A DNA stretch of 60,078 nt from positions 1 to 60,078 of the IMG/VR virus record IMGVR_UViG_3300044475_000064; one strand, written 5' to 3'. The DNA comes from a virus. The translations under genes and the position numbers were made by a program. Numbering within the stretch: position 1 is the stretch's first letter; the number at the start of each line of letters is the position of its first letter. Below, one piece after another: positions 44,072 through 54,273 of this stretch. Under the pieces are notes generated by a model, which was not told where the DNA came from, ran no database searches, and saw only the letters and a list, made by a program, of their open reading frames with translations.

Positions 44072-44497
44072 TTAAACTCTATGACTTTGCGGAATATACT
44101 TACATTCTTCACGAAGCATACCTAGAACGATTATATCGTCATCAGGTAGCGCATTGCGTAAATAACCTTCTTGCTTGAATCCAAGGTGAAGATCAAATCG
44201 CAATGCTTTCTTGTTCTTAGCAGGTACAAGCCCTGTGACACGGCGCAAATCCCACTGGACAAATGGATGCATGAAAGCAGCAATCAGAAATGCACGACTT
44301 AACCAGCCAGTTTTTTCATCACTCGCAATATGAATATTGCAATCACACTTGGAAAAACTGTCATATAAGACAACAGCTCTAAGCTCACTGTTCTCACGCC
44401 AACCTACTGCAACAACATCAGGGCGTGGCTCAAAACCAATGATCTTAGAAGCCCATTCGACCATCTGACCGCCATCGTCATAAATCATCTGACCCAT
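44072..44497 (-). CDS. GNAT-fold acetyltransferase-like protein (141 aa)
   Basis: The C-terminal ..VPAKNKKALRFDLHLGFKQEGYLRNAL resembles the GNAT C-terminal beta-alpha unit. The canonical Q/RxxGxG/A motif is not evident. Confidence 0.45.
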   Translation of the reverse strand: MGQMIYDDGGQMVEWASKIIGFEPRPDVVAVGWRENSELRAVVLYDSFSKCDCNIHIASDEKTGWLSRAFLIAAFMHPFVQWDLRRVTGLVPAKNKKALRFDLHLGFKQEGYLRNALPDDDIIVLGMLREECKYIPQSHRV

Positions 44498-45192
44498 AGC
44501 GCACCGCCTAAGCCAATTTCAATTATGGTGAGGTTGCCGTTGTAGACAGCACCAGTGTCAATCCAAATGCAGTTGTCACGTTTGCATGGCTGCGATGTAA
44601 CGGTATGACCTAAGATCACAGCATCAACGCCGTTTACATGCATATATTGTTTTGCATCAGGATCTAGGCGCTCACGACCCCACATTGCATGATCAACTGG
44701 ATCTCTGCCTAAATAATTACCTTGTCTTGAGTTAAACAATGTTTGTTTAAATTCTTCCCAGTCATTCTGCTCAATGTGACCGTGTACAAAGCCATATTTA
44801 TAACCGTTGTAGCTAATCTCCATTGCAATAGGTAGCTCAGAAAATACCTTAGCAATGTTGTACATTGATTGACTATCAAGTTGATAAAACCATTCACCGC
44901 CGTTGTCTATGTGGCAGCGTTTGTATGACTGATCATGAAGCCCTAGAATGCACAGTTCTTCATGATTGCCTCGTACTGCTACAAACCAAGGTTTAGAAAG
45001 CAATTCGACGCATTGAATATTCTGAGATCCACGGTCTACAAGGTCGCCAACTGAGACAAGTAGATCCTTTTCAAAGTCAAAGCCAATATGCTCTAACTTC
45101 GCCATAAGGAGGTTATACATGCCATGCAGATCACCCATAGAAAATAAACGTCCGATGATCGGACGATCCAAAATTTTGACTAATTCACCCAT
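44485..45192 (-). CDS. Lambda-type Ser/Thr protein phosphatase (calcineurin-like metallophosphoesterase)
   Basis: GDLHG, GDLVDRG, RGNHE, VHGH, ILGHT and IDTGAV are collinear with lambda PPase. 19 residues precede GDLHG when the start is ATG 45192. The track start 45240 is a TTG without an RBS. Confidence 0.85.
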   Translation of the reverse strand: MGELVKILDRPIIGRLFSMGDLHGMYNLLMAKLEHIGFDFEKDLLVSVGDLVDRGSQNIQCVELLSKPWFVAVRGNHEELCILGLHDQSYKRCHIDNGGEWFYQLDSQSMYNIAKVFSELPIAMEISYNGYKYGFVHGHIEQNDWEEFKQTLFNSRQGNYLGRDPVDHAMWGRERLDPDAKQYMHVNGVDAVILGHTVTSQPCKRDNCIWIDTGAVYNGNLTIIEIGLGGALWVR

Positions 45193-45259
45193 GCCGAAAA
45201 CACCGTTGTCGCTATAACAACAGTGTAATCCAATTGACAATACGAAAGTAGCGAAAAGG

Positions 45260-45835
45260 CTAGGTGATTGCGTTTTTCAGGCTGTTCATCGCCGTGGTCA
45301 ATGCTGCGATGTCGGCAACCAATCCATTGAAGTTTGCTGCAGTTGGTGGTGCTGAGATAGTACCCTGTGACGGCGTAGGGATCGTAACTGCAGTGACATC
45401 GGTCACGATACCATTGAGTTGTGTTTGTGTAGCGTTCGCTGTTGTTTGTAGGCTTGATATATTGGTTTGTGCTGCAGCAATATCGGCATTGAGTTGTGTT
45501 AGGCTTGTTTGGGCATCAGCAATATCCCCCTCTATTTGAGAGACGACAGTCTGTAGATTTCCAACGGTAGCACCAAGTGTATTAACGTCTGTTGTAAGAC
45601 CATCAACACTTGTGGAAAGATCATTAAGTTGTGTTTGTGTTTGATCAAGCGCAATATTCAGTGCATTCAGATCACCCTGCAATGATGTGGTCTGACCTTT
45701 AAGTTGACTAATAAGATTCTGCAGCTGAGCAAGCACAATCATGCGGATTGCAGCAAACTCAGGATTACCGCGCTCACCAGCAAGTATCTCAACTTTTTCC
45801 TTTAGGATCTGCCATTCTTGCAAATTTGCGACCAT
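45260..45835 (-). CDS. Coiled-coil fibrous protein (191 aa), probable tail-fibre or neck-associated
   Basis: Long heptad-like T/Q/L/N-rich repeats (LNALNIALDQTQTQLNDLSTSVDGLTTDVNTLGATVGNLQT..). ATG 45835 lies 1 nt after the upstream stop. Confidence 0.6.
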   Translation of the reverse strand: MVANLQEWQILKEKVEILAGERGNPEFAAIRMIVLAQLQNLISQLKGQTTSLQGDLNALNIALDQTQTQLNDLSTSVDGLTTDVNTLGATVGNLQTVVSQIEGDIADAQTSLTQLNADIAAAQTNISSLQTTANATQTQLNGIVTDVTAVTIPTPSQGTISAPPTAANFNGLVADIAALTTAMNSLKNAIT

Positions 45836-45836
45836 G

Positions 45837-47576
45837 TTATCCCTCTGCAATATCCATTGGTGTGTAAGCCAATACAATCGCCGTCACCATTTGATTACCA
45901 CGTACCTCAACCTCCCATGTACGAGCCGTGAAGCCTGACGGCAGAGGAATAGGTGTATTCATATGGAAAACCGTAGTAATTAGCTGATCATCTGCGTAAA
46001 CGGCGACTGAAAAGCTTTGTTCATTCTCAGAGATTGGCTGTAATAAGCTCCCTGCCAATGGAAACATATTCAAGGCTAATGCATTGATTGTACCACCAGT
46101 CTCATCATTATCTAGCATTTGACGGTTGAGAGCGCGGATCTCGGCATTACGTGTCATTTCCTGTGCTTTTTGCGCACTGGTCATGACATCCTCACCCTCG
46201 ACCATGATGCAACCGTAATTGGTAAATGCCTGCATCACAAATTTTTTAGAACGCCAAACCTGCTCGCCGTATGGTTCACCTATCGCATCCCACTCATAAA
46301 CGTCACGACTGTTACGAAGCAGGAATAAGCGACCAGTACCCAACTCAAAATACATCGCATCTGCATCATCGCTTACTCGCACAATAAACGGTTGCGCACC
46401 TGATAGATCAAATACGACCATACCGCGCCGATCTATACCAGTCGCATCCGTGTAGTTATAGGAAACCATATATCGCCCTGCATATTGCCCTGCAATAAAT
46501 GAATCAGGCTGTATTTCCTTCCATTGATCCACGGTCATCAATGCAGCCGATGCAACGACTGCACCGCTTTGTGAGATTGTGACAAGCCCCTGTGGTGATG
46601 CGTATGCAACGGAATAACCAAGATCCACGATACTGTTTGCACTAACACACGGAAGATTGACCTCAAGCCGTTGGCTGGTCATTGCATCAGGTGATGTGCC
46701 TTGCATGACATAAGGCATACCCTGCGTGAGTACTGCAACTGCAGATCCGAACACACCAAGACCGACAATAGGATAGTCCACGGTCATCACATACTTTTCA
46801 GGCCATGCGTGCGGACGATAGCGCTCACAAAAATAGATCTTTTTACCTGAAAATGCTGCCATAAAACCATTAGGCAAGGACACTAGACCCTGCAGATCAT
46901 CAGGCGGTGGATTGTAGTCTGTGGATGGAATAACCTCATTCATCGGATACGTTGCTTGGTCATAGACGAAATTTGCAGTTGATGCAGCACGCTCAGCAAT
47001 AAAATATAGCGTCGTCTGACCAAGGGCACTTGTCTGTGATCTGTATATCCGCATACGGTTCACGGCGCGACCTGTCGGTGGTGCGCTGAATCCTGACACC
47101 GTAATAGATAATGAAGGACTCCATAAAACGCCGTCACTTAAATCAGACGGCTCAGATTCCTCGTCGAACTCCGTCACCCATGTATAAGCAAATAGCACTG
47201 TACTTGATAAAGCAGGATCGGGTGTACCGCTGACCACTGCAGTCACCTTGCTTGTCGGTCTAGCCACGGCGAGATCATAGGTTACACCACCGACAATGAT
47301 CTTAGGCTTACCATCACCAGTAACGTATAGCCGATCCGATGCAACTGGTGCAGGTTCAACGTTTACAAAATTCTCCCATCCCAACCATTCGCCGTTATAT
47401 AGATAAATGGTTTTGCAATCGAATGGCATCCGATGCATGTATTTACCACGGCGAATCGGCACTAAAGCGCCATTTTCGAGTTTTGTATTCTGCGCAATCT
47501 GAGCATAATTTTGATTGAGCAGTCGTGGAATGAGCTTAGGGATTTCCCCTGCAAATGAAGCAATGCGGATCGCCAT
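45837..47576 (-). CDS. Virion structural protein (579 aa), tail-associated by position
   Basis: Large ORF in the tail module. No enzymatic motif recognised. Confidence 0.7.
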   Translation of the reverse strand: MAIRIASFAGEIPKLIPRLLNQNYAQIAQNTKLENGALVPIRRGKYMHRMPFDCKTIYLYNGEWLGWENFVNVEPAPVASDRLYVTGDGKPKIIVGGVTYDLAVARPTSKVTAVVSGTPDPALSSTVLFAYTWVTEFDEESEPSDLSDGVLWSPSLSITVSGFSAPPTGRAVNRMRIYRSQTSALGQTTLYFIAERAASTANFVYDQATYPMNEVIPSTDYNPPPDDLQGLVSLPNGFMAAFSGKKIYFCERYRPHAWPEKYVMTVDYPIVGLGVFGSAVAVLTQGMPYVMQGTSPDAMTSQRLEVNLPCVSANSIVDLGYSVAYASPQGLVTISQSGAVVASAALMTVDQWKEIQPDSFIAGQYAGRYMVSYNYTDATGIDRRGMVVFDLSGAQPFIVRVSDDADAMYFELGTGRLFLLRNSRDVYEWDAIGEPYGEQVWRSKKFVMQAFTNYGCIMVEGEDVMTSAQKAQEMTRNAEIRALNRQMLDNDETGGTINALALNMFPLAGSLLQPISENEQSFSVAVYADDQLITTVFHMNTPIPLPSGFTARTWEVEVRGNQMVTAIVLAYTPMDIAEG

Positions 47577-47579
47577 ATA

Positions 47580-47903
47580 TCACCCCAACTGACCATTACC
47601 TTTAAGTTCGTACAAAGCGGCCGCCGTCACTCGCAGTTCAACAACATCGTCTGTGGTGAATGCTCGCGGCTGTGTACCCTCTACTCCACGTTGCACAGTG
47701 ATCAAATCACCTTGTCGTCCAGTCGCCTTTAGGATTTCTATATTCCCATTTTCATCTTCTATGGTAAGAGGAAACCAGTCACCTATAGCACTCGGTTGAG
47801 GATAGCGACTGCCATGCCCTGCACGAACACGAATTGACGTATCTGTTGCTTTTATTGAAGTGGCAAGCAGACTACGTGCATTATTTGAAAATAGAACTGA
47901 CAT
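47580..47903 (-). CDS. Small tail-fibre-N-terminal-domain-like protein (107 aa)
   Basis: ARSLLATSI..DTSIRV....FPLTIED.NGN.EILKATGRQGDLITVQRGVEGTQPRAF resembles the N-terminal module seen on many tail fibre proteins. It is in frame with the downstream gene across a TGA. Confidence 0.6.
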   Translation of the reverse strand: MSVLFSNNARSLLATSIKATDTSIRVRAGHGSRYPQPSAIGDWFPLTIEDENGNIEILKATGRQGDLITVQRGVEGTQPRAFTTDDVVELRVTAAALYELKGNGQLG

Positions 47904-47934
47904 ACTACCTCACAGCCTTCTAGATTATAAGATA

Positions 47935-47953
47935 AAGCCCCATATTGGGGCTT
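47935..47953 (-). terminator. Hairpin or weak terminator after the SGNH tail-spike gene
   Basis: Stem AAGCCCC/GGGGCTT with a 5-nt loop, followed on the minus strand by TATCTTAT. Confidence 0.45.
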
Positions 47954-47965
47954 ACCATTTTACAG

Positions 47966-50900
47966 TTAGATTGCTTTTAATGCCGCTGTTAAAGCGTCAG
48001 CAATTTGTTGATAACCTGATGTGTCAGGATGAACGCCGTTACTTTGACGAACCATAGTATTTGTGTTGCGTGAATTGATAGCAACGGTCTCAGTTGGGTA
48101 ATTATTCACAGTGTCTATGGCAACATTTGTTGGAACAAGATAGATGCGATTTGCTTCTTGTCCACTGTACTTAGCGATCATAGATTGTGCCCAAAGTACA
48201 ATATTGCGCTTGTGTCGCCATGCTGTTTCTCCAACAAGATAATTCTTGCCAAACGCATCCTGTCCTGCAGGCGGCGGCGGTATCATCAATAATACTTTAA
48301 TCGTTCCATTTACTGCTTTAATTGATGCAATTAATGTATCAAGTTGATTTAGTCGAGTTGTTGCGGTACTTGTCGCATTTGCATCAGAAGTCTGAGCAAA
48401 TACGTCGTTGATACCAAGCATAATAGCTACAAAATCGGGTGTCACAAGACTGTTATTTACTAGATATTGTGCATAATTCACAGCACCACTGATCCAAAAC
48501 GGATTGCCTGGTTGAGATGCTGATGCGCTGAATGCAATTGTTGCATCGCCTGCAACTGCATTCGATTTAGTCAAAGTTCCAGATGCGGTTGGTGCGTTAG
48601 ATCCGCTTTGTACGCTGCAAACGATAGTACCTGCACCACCCGTTAAATTTACCGATTGAACTCGGAACGTTGTACCGTTATTTGTATACTCTGTCGCGTT
48701 AATCAACGGTGTAACTGTTACTCCTGATACCGTGAATGCCCAGTATGTAGGACCTGCGGTAGTGTAACTATTGATTCCCCATCCGCCTCTGCCTTCATGT
48801 TTGTTTAGACCAGTTCCAAGTGTTCCAATCAGCTGTACACCCATGACATCAGTTGATGCATTATCAAGTAATGTTTGAGTGATTGTACCAGCAGAAGTCA
48901 ATGAGTCTCCAATTACCGAAACCTTTTGAGTAGTACCACTTTTTGCACTACTTGCAACTACTTGCAAACTTGTTGTCGCCGTAGCTAATTGTGTGCCAGT
49001 TTTTTTATCTGATAATGTTATTGTTGCATTTGCTGTTGATGCTGTTGCAGAGTTTATAACTAATCGTTCGCACTGCTGAATACCAACTGACGCAGAAACA
49101 TCAACTAAAAAGTCGGATACTGGTCCAGTCAATAAGTTATTGAAATAAACATTCATTTCCTTATTCTGAACAGCATAAACTTTTGGTGGAATAATAATGA
49201 TCGGGGGCGCAATGCTTGGCAATGCTGCTTCAAGCGCTTTTAATGCAGTATCAACATTTGATGATCCATATCGAATATTCACAGCATCACAGCGAAAATC
49301 AAACTCACCATATAAGCGCAACAATGCCATTGAAGTTGCGCCATAACCAAGTGGAGCAGAAGATATTCCAATAGTTCCATTCCAGTCACTTATCGTACTC
49401 AGTGCAAATCCGTGTCGGGCAGGCGTAGCTGATGCATCATAAGACCAAATCTTATTGTTAAAAGCACCACCATCAGTAGCTTTGAATAAGACGTATAGCA
49501 GTTCGCCTGCATTTAAATATATATCAGCAGGGAACTTAATGTAAAAATCTTGATCAGTCGTCGGGAAATTTGCAGCAGCGATAGTAAATGACTGATTTGG
49601 TGTGATCAAACTTGGATTGAAAGCTAGTGAGTCAGTTGATAGGCGCTTGTAAATACGAACATCAACGTCACTTGGAATAGATTTCCAAATTCGACATTGA
49701 ACAGCATTAACGTTACCTGCCTTTGCCGCGACTTCATAAAAGCCACCCATCTTGATAAGACCATATGTACCGTTTCCGACTTTCTCGGTTGAGTGTTTAC
49801 TATTGATGTATACATCAAATGGGGCTGCAATTCTTCCGACTAGATCATTATAACGAAGTGTTGGAAGCGGTGTTCTATATAAAGGAAATTGAGATACCGT
49901 GCTTATTGTTCCAATACTTACCCAATGACCAATAACGTCAAATCCAACTGTTCCGCTGGCATTATATGGATAAACAATGAGACGGTCTGCACCAGCAGGT
50001 ACGGTTAAGGTTAAACGCAACCATTTAGGTGTGGTTAGACTTGTTGCAAGTATATTCGTACCTGCTTCATTTAACATAAGCGGACTACCGCCGTAAACAT
50101 TCCCAACAGCATCTTGGAAGCGAGCAACAGAATACACATTAGATGCATTGCCGACACATAAAACATATGCAGTGATCGAATCACCAGTAACAACGCCCAA
50201 TTCATCTAAATGTGTTACAAATCCTGATAGAGTTGTTACATTATAACCATCTGCTCTGCGCATAGCTTTTCCGCCAAAAAATGCATTTTGCACTTTTGAC
50301 CAGCCACCAAAGCCATTCCACATACGCTCGCGGCCAAAGTAGTTCCTATTTGTCAAATCAAGTAATTCAAAAGCAGGATCAAACCATCCATTGAATTGAG
50401 CGCTTCTTTGAATTTCAGCCTTAGCTTGATCAAGTTCGCTTAAACCTGTATCAGTCCATGTTCCTGCAGGCGCACCAGGTTTCTGCCATAACCAAACTTT
50501 TTTTGTATCAAGGGCTTTGGCTGCTTTTTTAGTGACTGACGGCGTTGTGGCGAGCAGTTCAGCCTGAGTCAAGTAATATTCTTGGCCATTATTGAGCGCC
50601 GTGATCGTAACAGCGATATTTTCAGCACTGGCTGCGCTTGCTGCAGAGTTCGCAGCATATCCTGCTGATTCATTTGCAGACTGGCTTGAACGGTTTGCTG
50701 CAGCAGAGGCATCGGCAATCTCAGCCATCCACTGCTCAACTGTTCCCGTATATCCCATCAATGCAGCTTGTTGATATGCGCTTAGACCAGGATCTCCTTT
50801 AAATCCTCGCTTACCTTGAGCAACAATGACCATTGTGATCGGCGTACCTTCATCATCAACGACTGTAATGATGCAATCAACTAGTGAGTTACCAAGGATC

Positions 50901-51157
50901 GCATTGGTAGGCGGTGTAAGTGCGATATAAAATGTTTTGTCAGGACCAACCGTTGATTGGCCATACACGATGACCTGTACCTGCTTCTCTGTCTCGCCAG
51001 GTAGGAATGTAACAACGCCGCTTGCAGCTTGGTAGTCGATACCTGCTTTCGCTGTACCGTCTTTTGTTGACCATGCGACATCAACTGGTTCTGTGAGCGC
51101 AACACTCAAACTAATAGCAAACGCTGCAGTTGTTGCCCCGATTAAAGGATCAGTCAT
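47966..51157 (-). CDS. Tail spike/fibre with an N-terminal Calx-beta domain and a C-terminal SGNH/GDSL hydrolase domain (1,063 aa)
   Basis: Calx-beta: DGTAKAGIDYQAASGVVTFLPGETEKQVQVIVYG. SGNH block I is VSVIGDSLTSAG, block III is IMLGINDV and block V-like is NGVHPDTSGY. Confidence 0.7.
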   Translation of the reverse strand: MTDPLIGATTAAFAISLSVALTEPVDVAWSTKDGTAKAGIDYQAASGVVTFLPGETEKQVQVIVYGQSTVGPDKTFYIALTPPTNAILGNSLVDCIITVVDDEGTPITMVIVAQGKRGFKGDPGLSAYQQAALMGYTGTVEQWMAEIADASAAANRSSQSANESAGYAANSAASAASAENIAVTITALNNGQEYYLTQAELLATTPSVTKKAAKALDTKKVWLWQKPGAPAGTWTDTGLSELDQAKAEIQRSAQFNGWFDPAFELLDLTNRNYFGRERMWNGFGGWSKVQNAFFGGKAMRRADGYNVTTLSGFVTHLDELGVVTGDSITAYVLCVGNASNVYSVARFQDAVGNVYGGSPLMLNEAGTNILATSLTTPKWLRLTLTVPAGADRLIVYPYNASGTVGFDVIGHWVSIGTISTVSQFPLYRTPLPTLRYNDLVGRIAAPFDVYINSKHSTEKVGNGTYGLIKMGGFYEVAAKAGNVNAVQCRIWKSIPSDVDVRIYKRLSTDSLAFNPSLITPNQSFTIAAANFPTTDQDFYIKFPADIYLNAGELLYVLFKATDGGAFNNKIWSYDASATPARHGFALSTISDWNGTIGISSAPLGYGATSMALLRLYGEFDFRCDAVNIRYGSSNVDTALKALEAALPSIAPPIIIIPPKVYAVQNKEMNVYFNNLLTGPVSDFLVDVSASVGIQQCERLVINSATASTANATITLSDKKTGTQLATATTSLQVVASSAKSGTTQKVSVIGDSLTSAGTITQTLLDNASTDVMGVQLIGTLGTGLNKHEGRGGWGINSYTTAGPTYWAFTVSGVTVTPLINATEYTNNGTTFRVQSVNLTGGAGTIVCSVQSGSNAPTASGTLTKSNAVAGDATIAFSASASQPGNPFWISGAVNYAQYLVNNSLVTPDFVAIMLGINDVFAQTSDANATSTATTRLNQLDTLIASIKAVNGTIKVLLMIPPPPAGQDAFGKNYLVGETAWRHKRNIVLWAQSMIAKYSGQEANRIYLVPTNVAIDTVNNYPTETVAINSRNTNTMVRQSNGVHPDTSGYQQIADALTAALKAI

Positions 51158-51167
51158 ATTAATTTCC

Positions 51168-53702
51168 TTATGAAACGCGATACCAAGCCGCTAGTTTAAT
51201 GAATTGGTTTACAACATTTAAAGCAGTGCCACTACCTAATGCTGCGGTTTTTGCACCATTAAGAGTGTGATTGTGCGAGCCAATATCAACAGTATGGTTA
51301 TGATCACCTGCAGCATTTGTACTTTTGCTTGCTAGAGAATAACCAGTACCTTGGAATCCAACACCCGAACCAGGAACAGCATTCGCATCAGGAATTGTAT
51401 GTGTATGCGATCCAGTTGTATTCGTTGTTTTAGTGCCAAGATCTGTATTAGAGATCGTACCAGTTACATCGATCTGCACATTAGGAAGATTAGCTTGTCC
51501 AATTGTAACAGTATCACTGCCACCAGTACCAAGGATGTCACTATCATCTGCAGCTGAAAGTCGAATTGTTTTCCCGACACCAGGTACGCGCACCCATGAC
51601 TGTCCTGTATATTTCGTGTTTGGATCAACATGAGTAGCAAAGAAATGTACTTCACCAGGCTCATACAGACGATCACGAGCAGCATCCAAGAACGCCGTGA
51701 GTGTAATTGCTAGATCCTTTCCATCCTGAGCAAATAGCAGCTGCCCATTGTCCTCAACATGATCCCAAGCCAACGGCGATAAGCCTGACAAATAGGACGG
51801 CGTAATGTTACTTAACATCATACTAATAAGCCCTAATTTAAATGATTGTTCGGTGATCCAATCGTTCTGCAGGATGCCACCTGTTTCACTATCGCTTGGA
51901 TTAAGCGCCCAATAAGCAAATGAAATACCTTTGTCAGTGCTTTGCAGATAGCGTGTATCACCACCATCAAAATATCCATCCATATACCGCTGTAGATGAT
52001 AGATCCATTGACGCTCAAACTGCACGTTATTTGACATTGTGAGTTGACCGCTGCCGTCGATACCAAATTTACCACCGACCTCACCAATCCAAATAGGTGC
52101 AATAGCTTCCTCGAAAATAAAGCCCCAATGCTGCTGCCAAATGCCGTATAAATTGAATGGCCAACCAAGCGGAATTGTTAAATCCTTAGCAAGCCAAGGT
52201 TGATCTCCAACTGAAATTCCATACTCATGAACTGAGTAAACAAGTCGATTAGGCTCTATTAATACAATTGGGCGATCACGCACGCCTGACAGCTCACCGC
52301 CCCACCAGTAGTTATTTTCAAATGACCCGTAACTACCGACACCCTCAACAAAAATTAGCCAGTGCGGTACTGTTTCATGTAGATAGTTTCCAGCACTTTC
52401 TGCTAGGTTTGCCCACGTTGCCCAATTTAGTAAGTGAGGCTCATTGTGAAGATCTGCACCGAGCACAAACTCAATATCTCCGTATCGGTCAGCCATGAAC
52501 TTCCATGAAGTTTTCCAATTTTCATACGTGTAGTCCAATGCAATTGGTGTACCATCAGCGCCGTTACCTGCTTTACGACGGTGATGGTCGAGAATAATAT
52601 AAATATCTTTCTCATCTAAATATGAAATGATTGCATCAAAAACTTCAATCGCTGTCTTATTAATTAACTCGACATTAACGGCGTAATTAATCGTACCATT
52701 ACCAACCATACGATCTATACTGCAGAGATCTCCACTGAACGGCAAACGAACGCTATTGAATCCCATACTCGCAATATGATCGATAATCGCCTTGTAGTTG
52801 CGAGACAATAGACCATGTGGCACGTATGATTCTGTTTCAGCACCAAACCAGTTGATTGATTTAAGCTTGAATGTCTCACCACCAGGCTTGATCAACTGAT
52901 TACCCGAAGTTTGTATTTGACTTCCCGATATAGCCGACCCTGTGAATGTAACAAGTTGCTTTAAGCCATCGCCGTAATCCACACTCATAGATCCAGTGTG
53001 TTCACCCAATGTCGTCGGCTTATATGTGATTGTGACCTGAACAAAACCGTTTGGATCAATCTGCTGCTGACCTGCATTGTGCTGTACGAATTGGCCATCT
53101 ATATCAATACTGAGGATAAATGCAGGAGCATCACCCTCATTTTTTAGAACAACAACCTGTGATGATTCCCCCGTGGATGCTATCAACCAAGGAAATGTTA
53201 GTGTGCTTGGATATGCAACAAGTAAAGGCGCAAGATCAGGATCTATTGGTGTTTGAGTATTTAATCCAACATTAACGTCAATATCTGCAGCAGTTACAAT
53301 AGCGAGATTTTCCGCCGTTCCAAAAGTATGCACGATAAACTGGACGAGCTTGATGCGACCTAGACTGGTACTCACCTCGACATTGACGGTTTGACGCACA
53401 TCATCGCCGCCACCTGCAAGCCAAGCAACTACACCAGTCGCCGTATACTCAAGCCGAGTCATGATCAGGCTATCAGGATCACACCATGCTACTGCACCGA
53501 TGACATCCTCGTTTGGCTCAAGCCAATTCATCATATCAACGGTATAGTCTAATAATTCCTCTGCACGCTTGGTCTCAAATGGCAGTGCGCAGCATGAATC
53601 TAAATAGACGATCTTACGGTCATTAGATCTAGGTAGCTCACCACTCAAGATCGGGCGAGCATATACCTTAGAAAAAGTTTGGTTTGGTACGTTTTCGGGC
53701 AC
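51168..53702 (-). CDS. Tail spike/fibre with a glycoside hydrolase family 5 domain and a C-terminal tail-collar-like HxH tip (844 aa)
   Basis: GH5 blocks are INWFGAETE, NSVRLPF, ILDHH, ADLHNEPH (acid/base NEP), VHEYG and IWIGEVGG (nucleophile). The C-terminus has TIGQANLPN..GSHTHTIP..GDHNHTVDIGSHNHTL. GTG start with RBS AGAGGA. Confidence 0.75.
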   Translation of the reverse strand: MPENVPNQTFSKVYARPILSGELPRSNDRKIVYLDSCCALPFETKRAEELLDYTVDMMNWLEPNEDVIGAVAWCDPDSLIMTRLEYTATGVVAWLAGGGDDVRQTVNVEVSTSLGRIKLVQFIVHTFGTAENLAIVTAADIDVNVGLNTQTPIDPDLAPLLVAYPSTLTFPWLIASTGESSQVVVLKNEGDAPAFILSIDIDGQFVQHNAGQQQIDPNGFVQVTITYKPTTLGEHTGSMSVDYGDGLKQLVTFTGSAISGSQIQTSGNQLIKPGGETFKLKSINWFGAETESYVPHGLLSRNYKAIIDHIASMGFNSVRLPFSGDLCSIDRMVGNGTINYAVNVELINKTAIEVFDAIISYLDEKDIYIILDHHRRKAGNGADGTPIALDYTYENWKTSWKFMADRYGDIEFVLGADLHNEPHLLNWATWANLAESAGNYLHETVPHWLIFVEGVGSYGSFENNYWWGGELSGVRDRPIVLIEPNRLVYSVHEYGISVGDQPWLAKDLTIPLGWPFNLYGIWQQHWGFIFEEAIAPIWIGEVGGKFGIDGSGQLTMSNNVQFERQWIYHLQRYMDGYFDGGDTRYLQSTDKGISFAYWALNPSDSETGGILQNDWITEQSFKLGLISMMLSNITPSYLSGLSPLAWDHVEDNGQLLFAQDGKDLAITLTAFLDAARDRLYEPGEVHFFATHVDPNTKYTGQSWVRVPGVGKTIRLSAADDSDILGTGGSDTVTIGQANLPNVQIDVTGTISNTDLGTKTTNTTGSHTHTIPDANAVPGSGVGFQGTGYSLASKSTNAAGDHNHTVDIGSHNHTLNGAKTAALGSGTALNVVNQFIKLAAWYRVS

Positions 53703-54273
53703 GTTGCTGTCCTCTCATGTTCTGAGCAAAATTTTTATCCAATGCTTGCTGAAATTTACCTTCAAAGACACCTGCCATTTGCGGATTAGTAAACGGCTGG
53801 TTTGTAATTAACAGCAGTGTGGCTAAAGCACCGTTTGCGAGATCAAGACCATAATCGGTGACTAAAAAATCAGGCAATTCCAATGCTGTAGGTATAGGAA
53901 ATAGAAACATACTTATCTCAAGTAATCCAACGGCGTGAGGTTCGATGCTCAGGCATGTCGGATTTACCTGTGTTATGTACTTTGGCTGAGTGTAGCCTTC
54001 CAGCATATGATATGTATCGGCTTGTGGTGTAATCGGCTCAAGTTCTCGCCCATCAAATCGCGCCCATTCAACCTCAAGCAGACGTGCATCAGCAGGCACG
54101 GCAACAATTTCATGATGATCGCCTCGTGTCTGAAATTTATCAATGAAGCGCCAGCAACGAGTGCGTTTACAGAAACGCTCTGCAGCATCACGCAAATGCT
54201 TTACCGCCGTTGGTTCTGCACAACCTGGTGCATACGGCAGTACGTTTGGCAATAGATCCTCGATGTCACGCAT
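53668..54273 (-). CDS. Virion structural protein (201 aa), neck/adaptor-like by position
   Basis: MRDIEDLLPNVLPYAPGCAEPTAVKHLRDAAERFCKRTRCWRF is an N-terminal pattern I recall from phage neck/tail proteins, with no family name I can assert. Confidence 0.6.
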   Translation of the reverse strand: MRDIEDLLPNVLPYAPGCAEPTAVKHLRDAAERFCKRTRCWRFIDKFQTRGDHHEIVAVPADARLLEVEWARFDGRELEPITPQADTYHMLEGYTQPKYITQVNPTCLSIEPHAVGLLEISMFLFPIPTALELPDFLVTDYGLDLANGALATLLLITNQPFTNPQMAGVFEGKFQQALDKNFAQNMRGQQRARKRTKPNFF

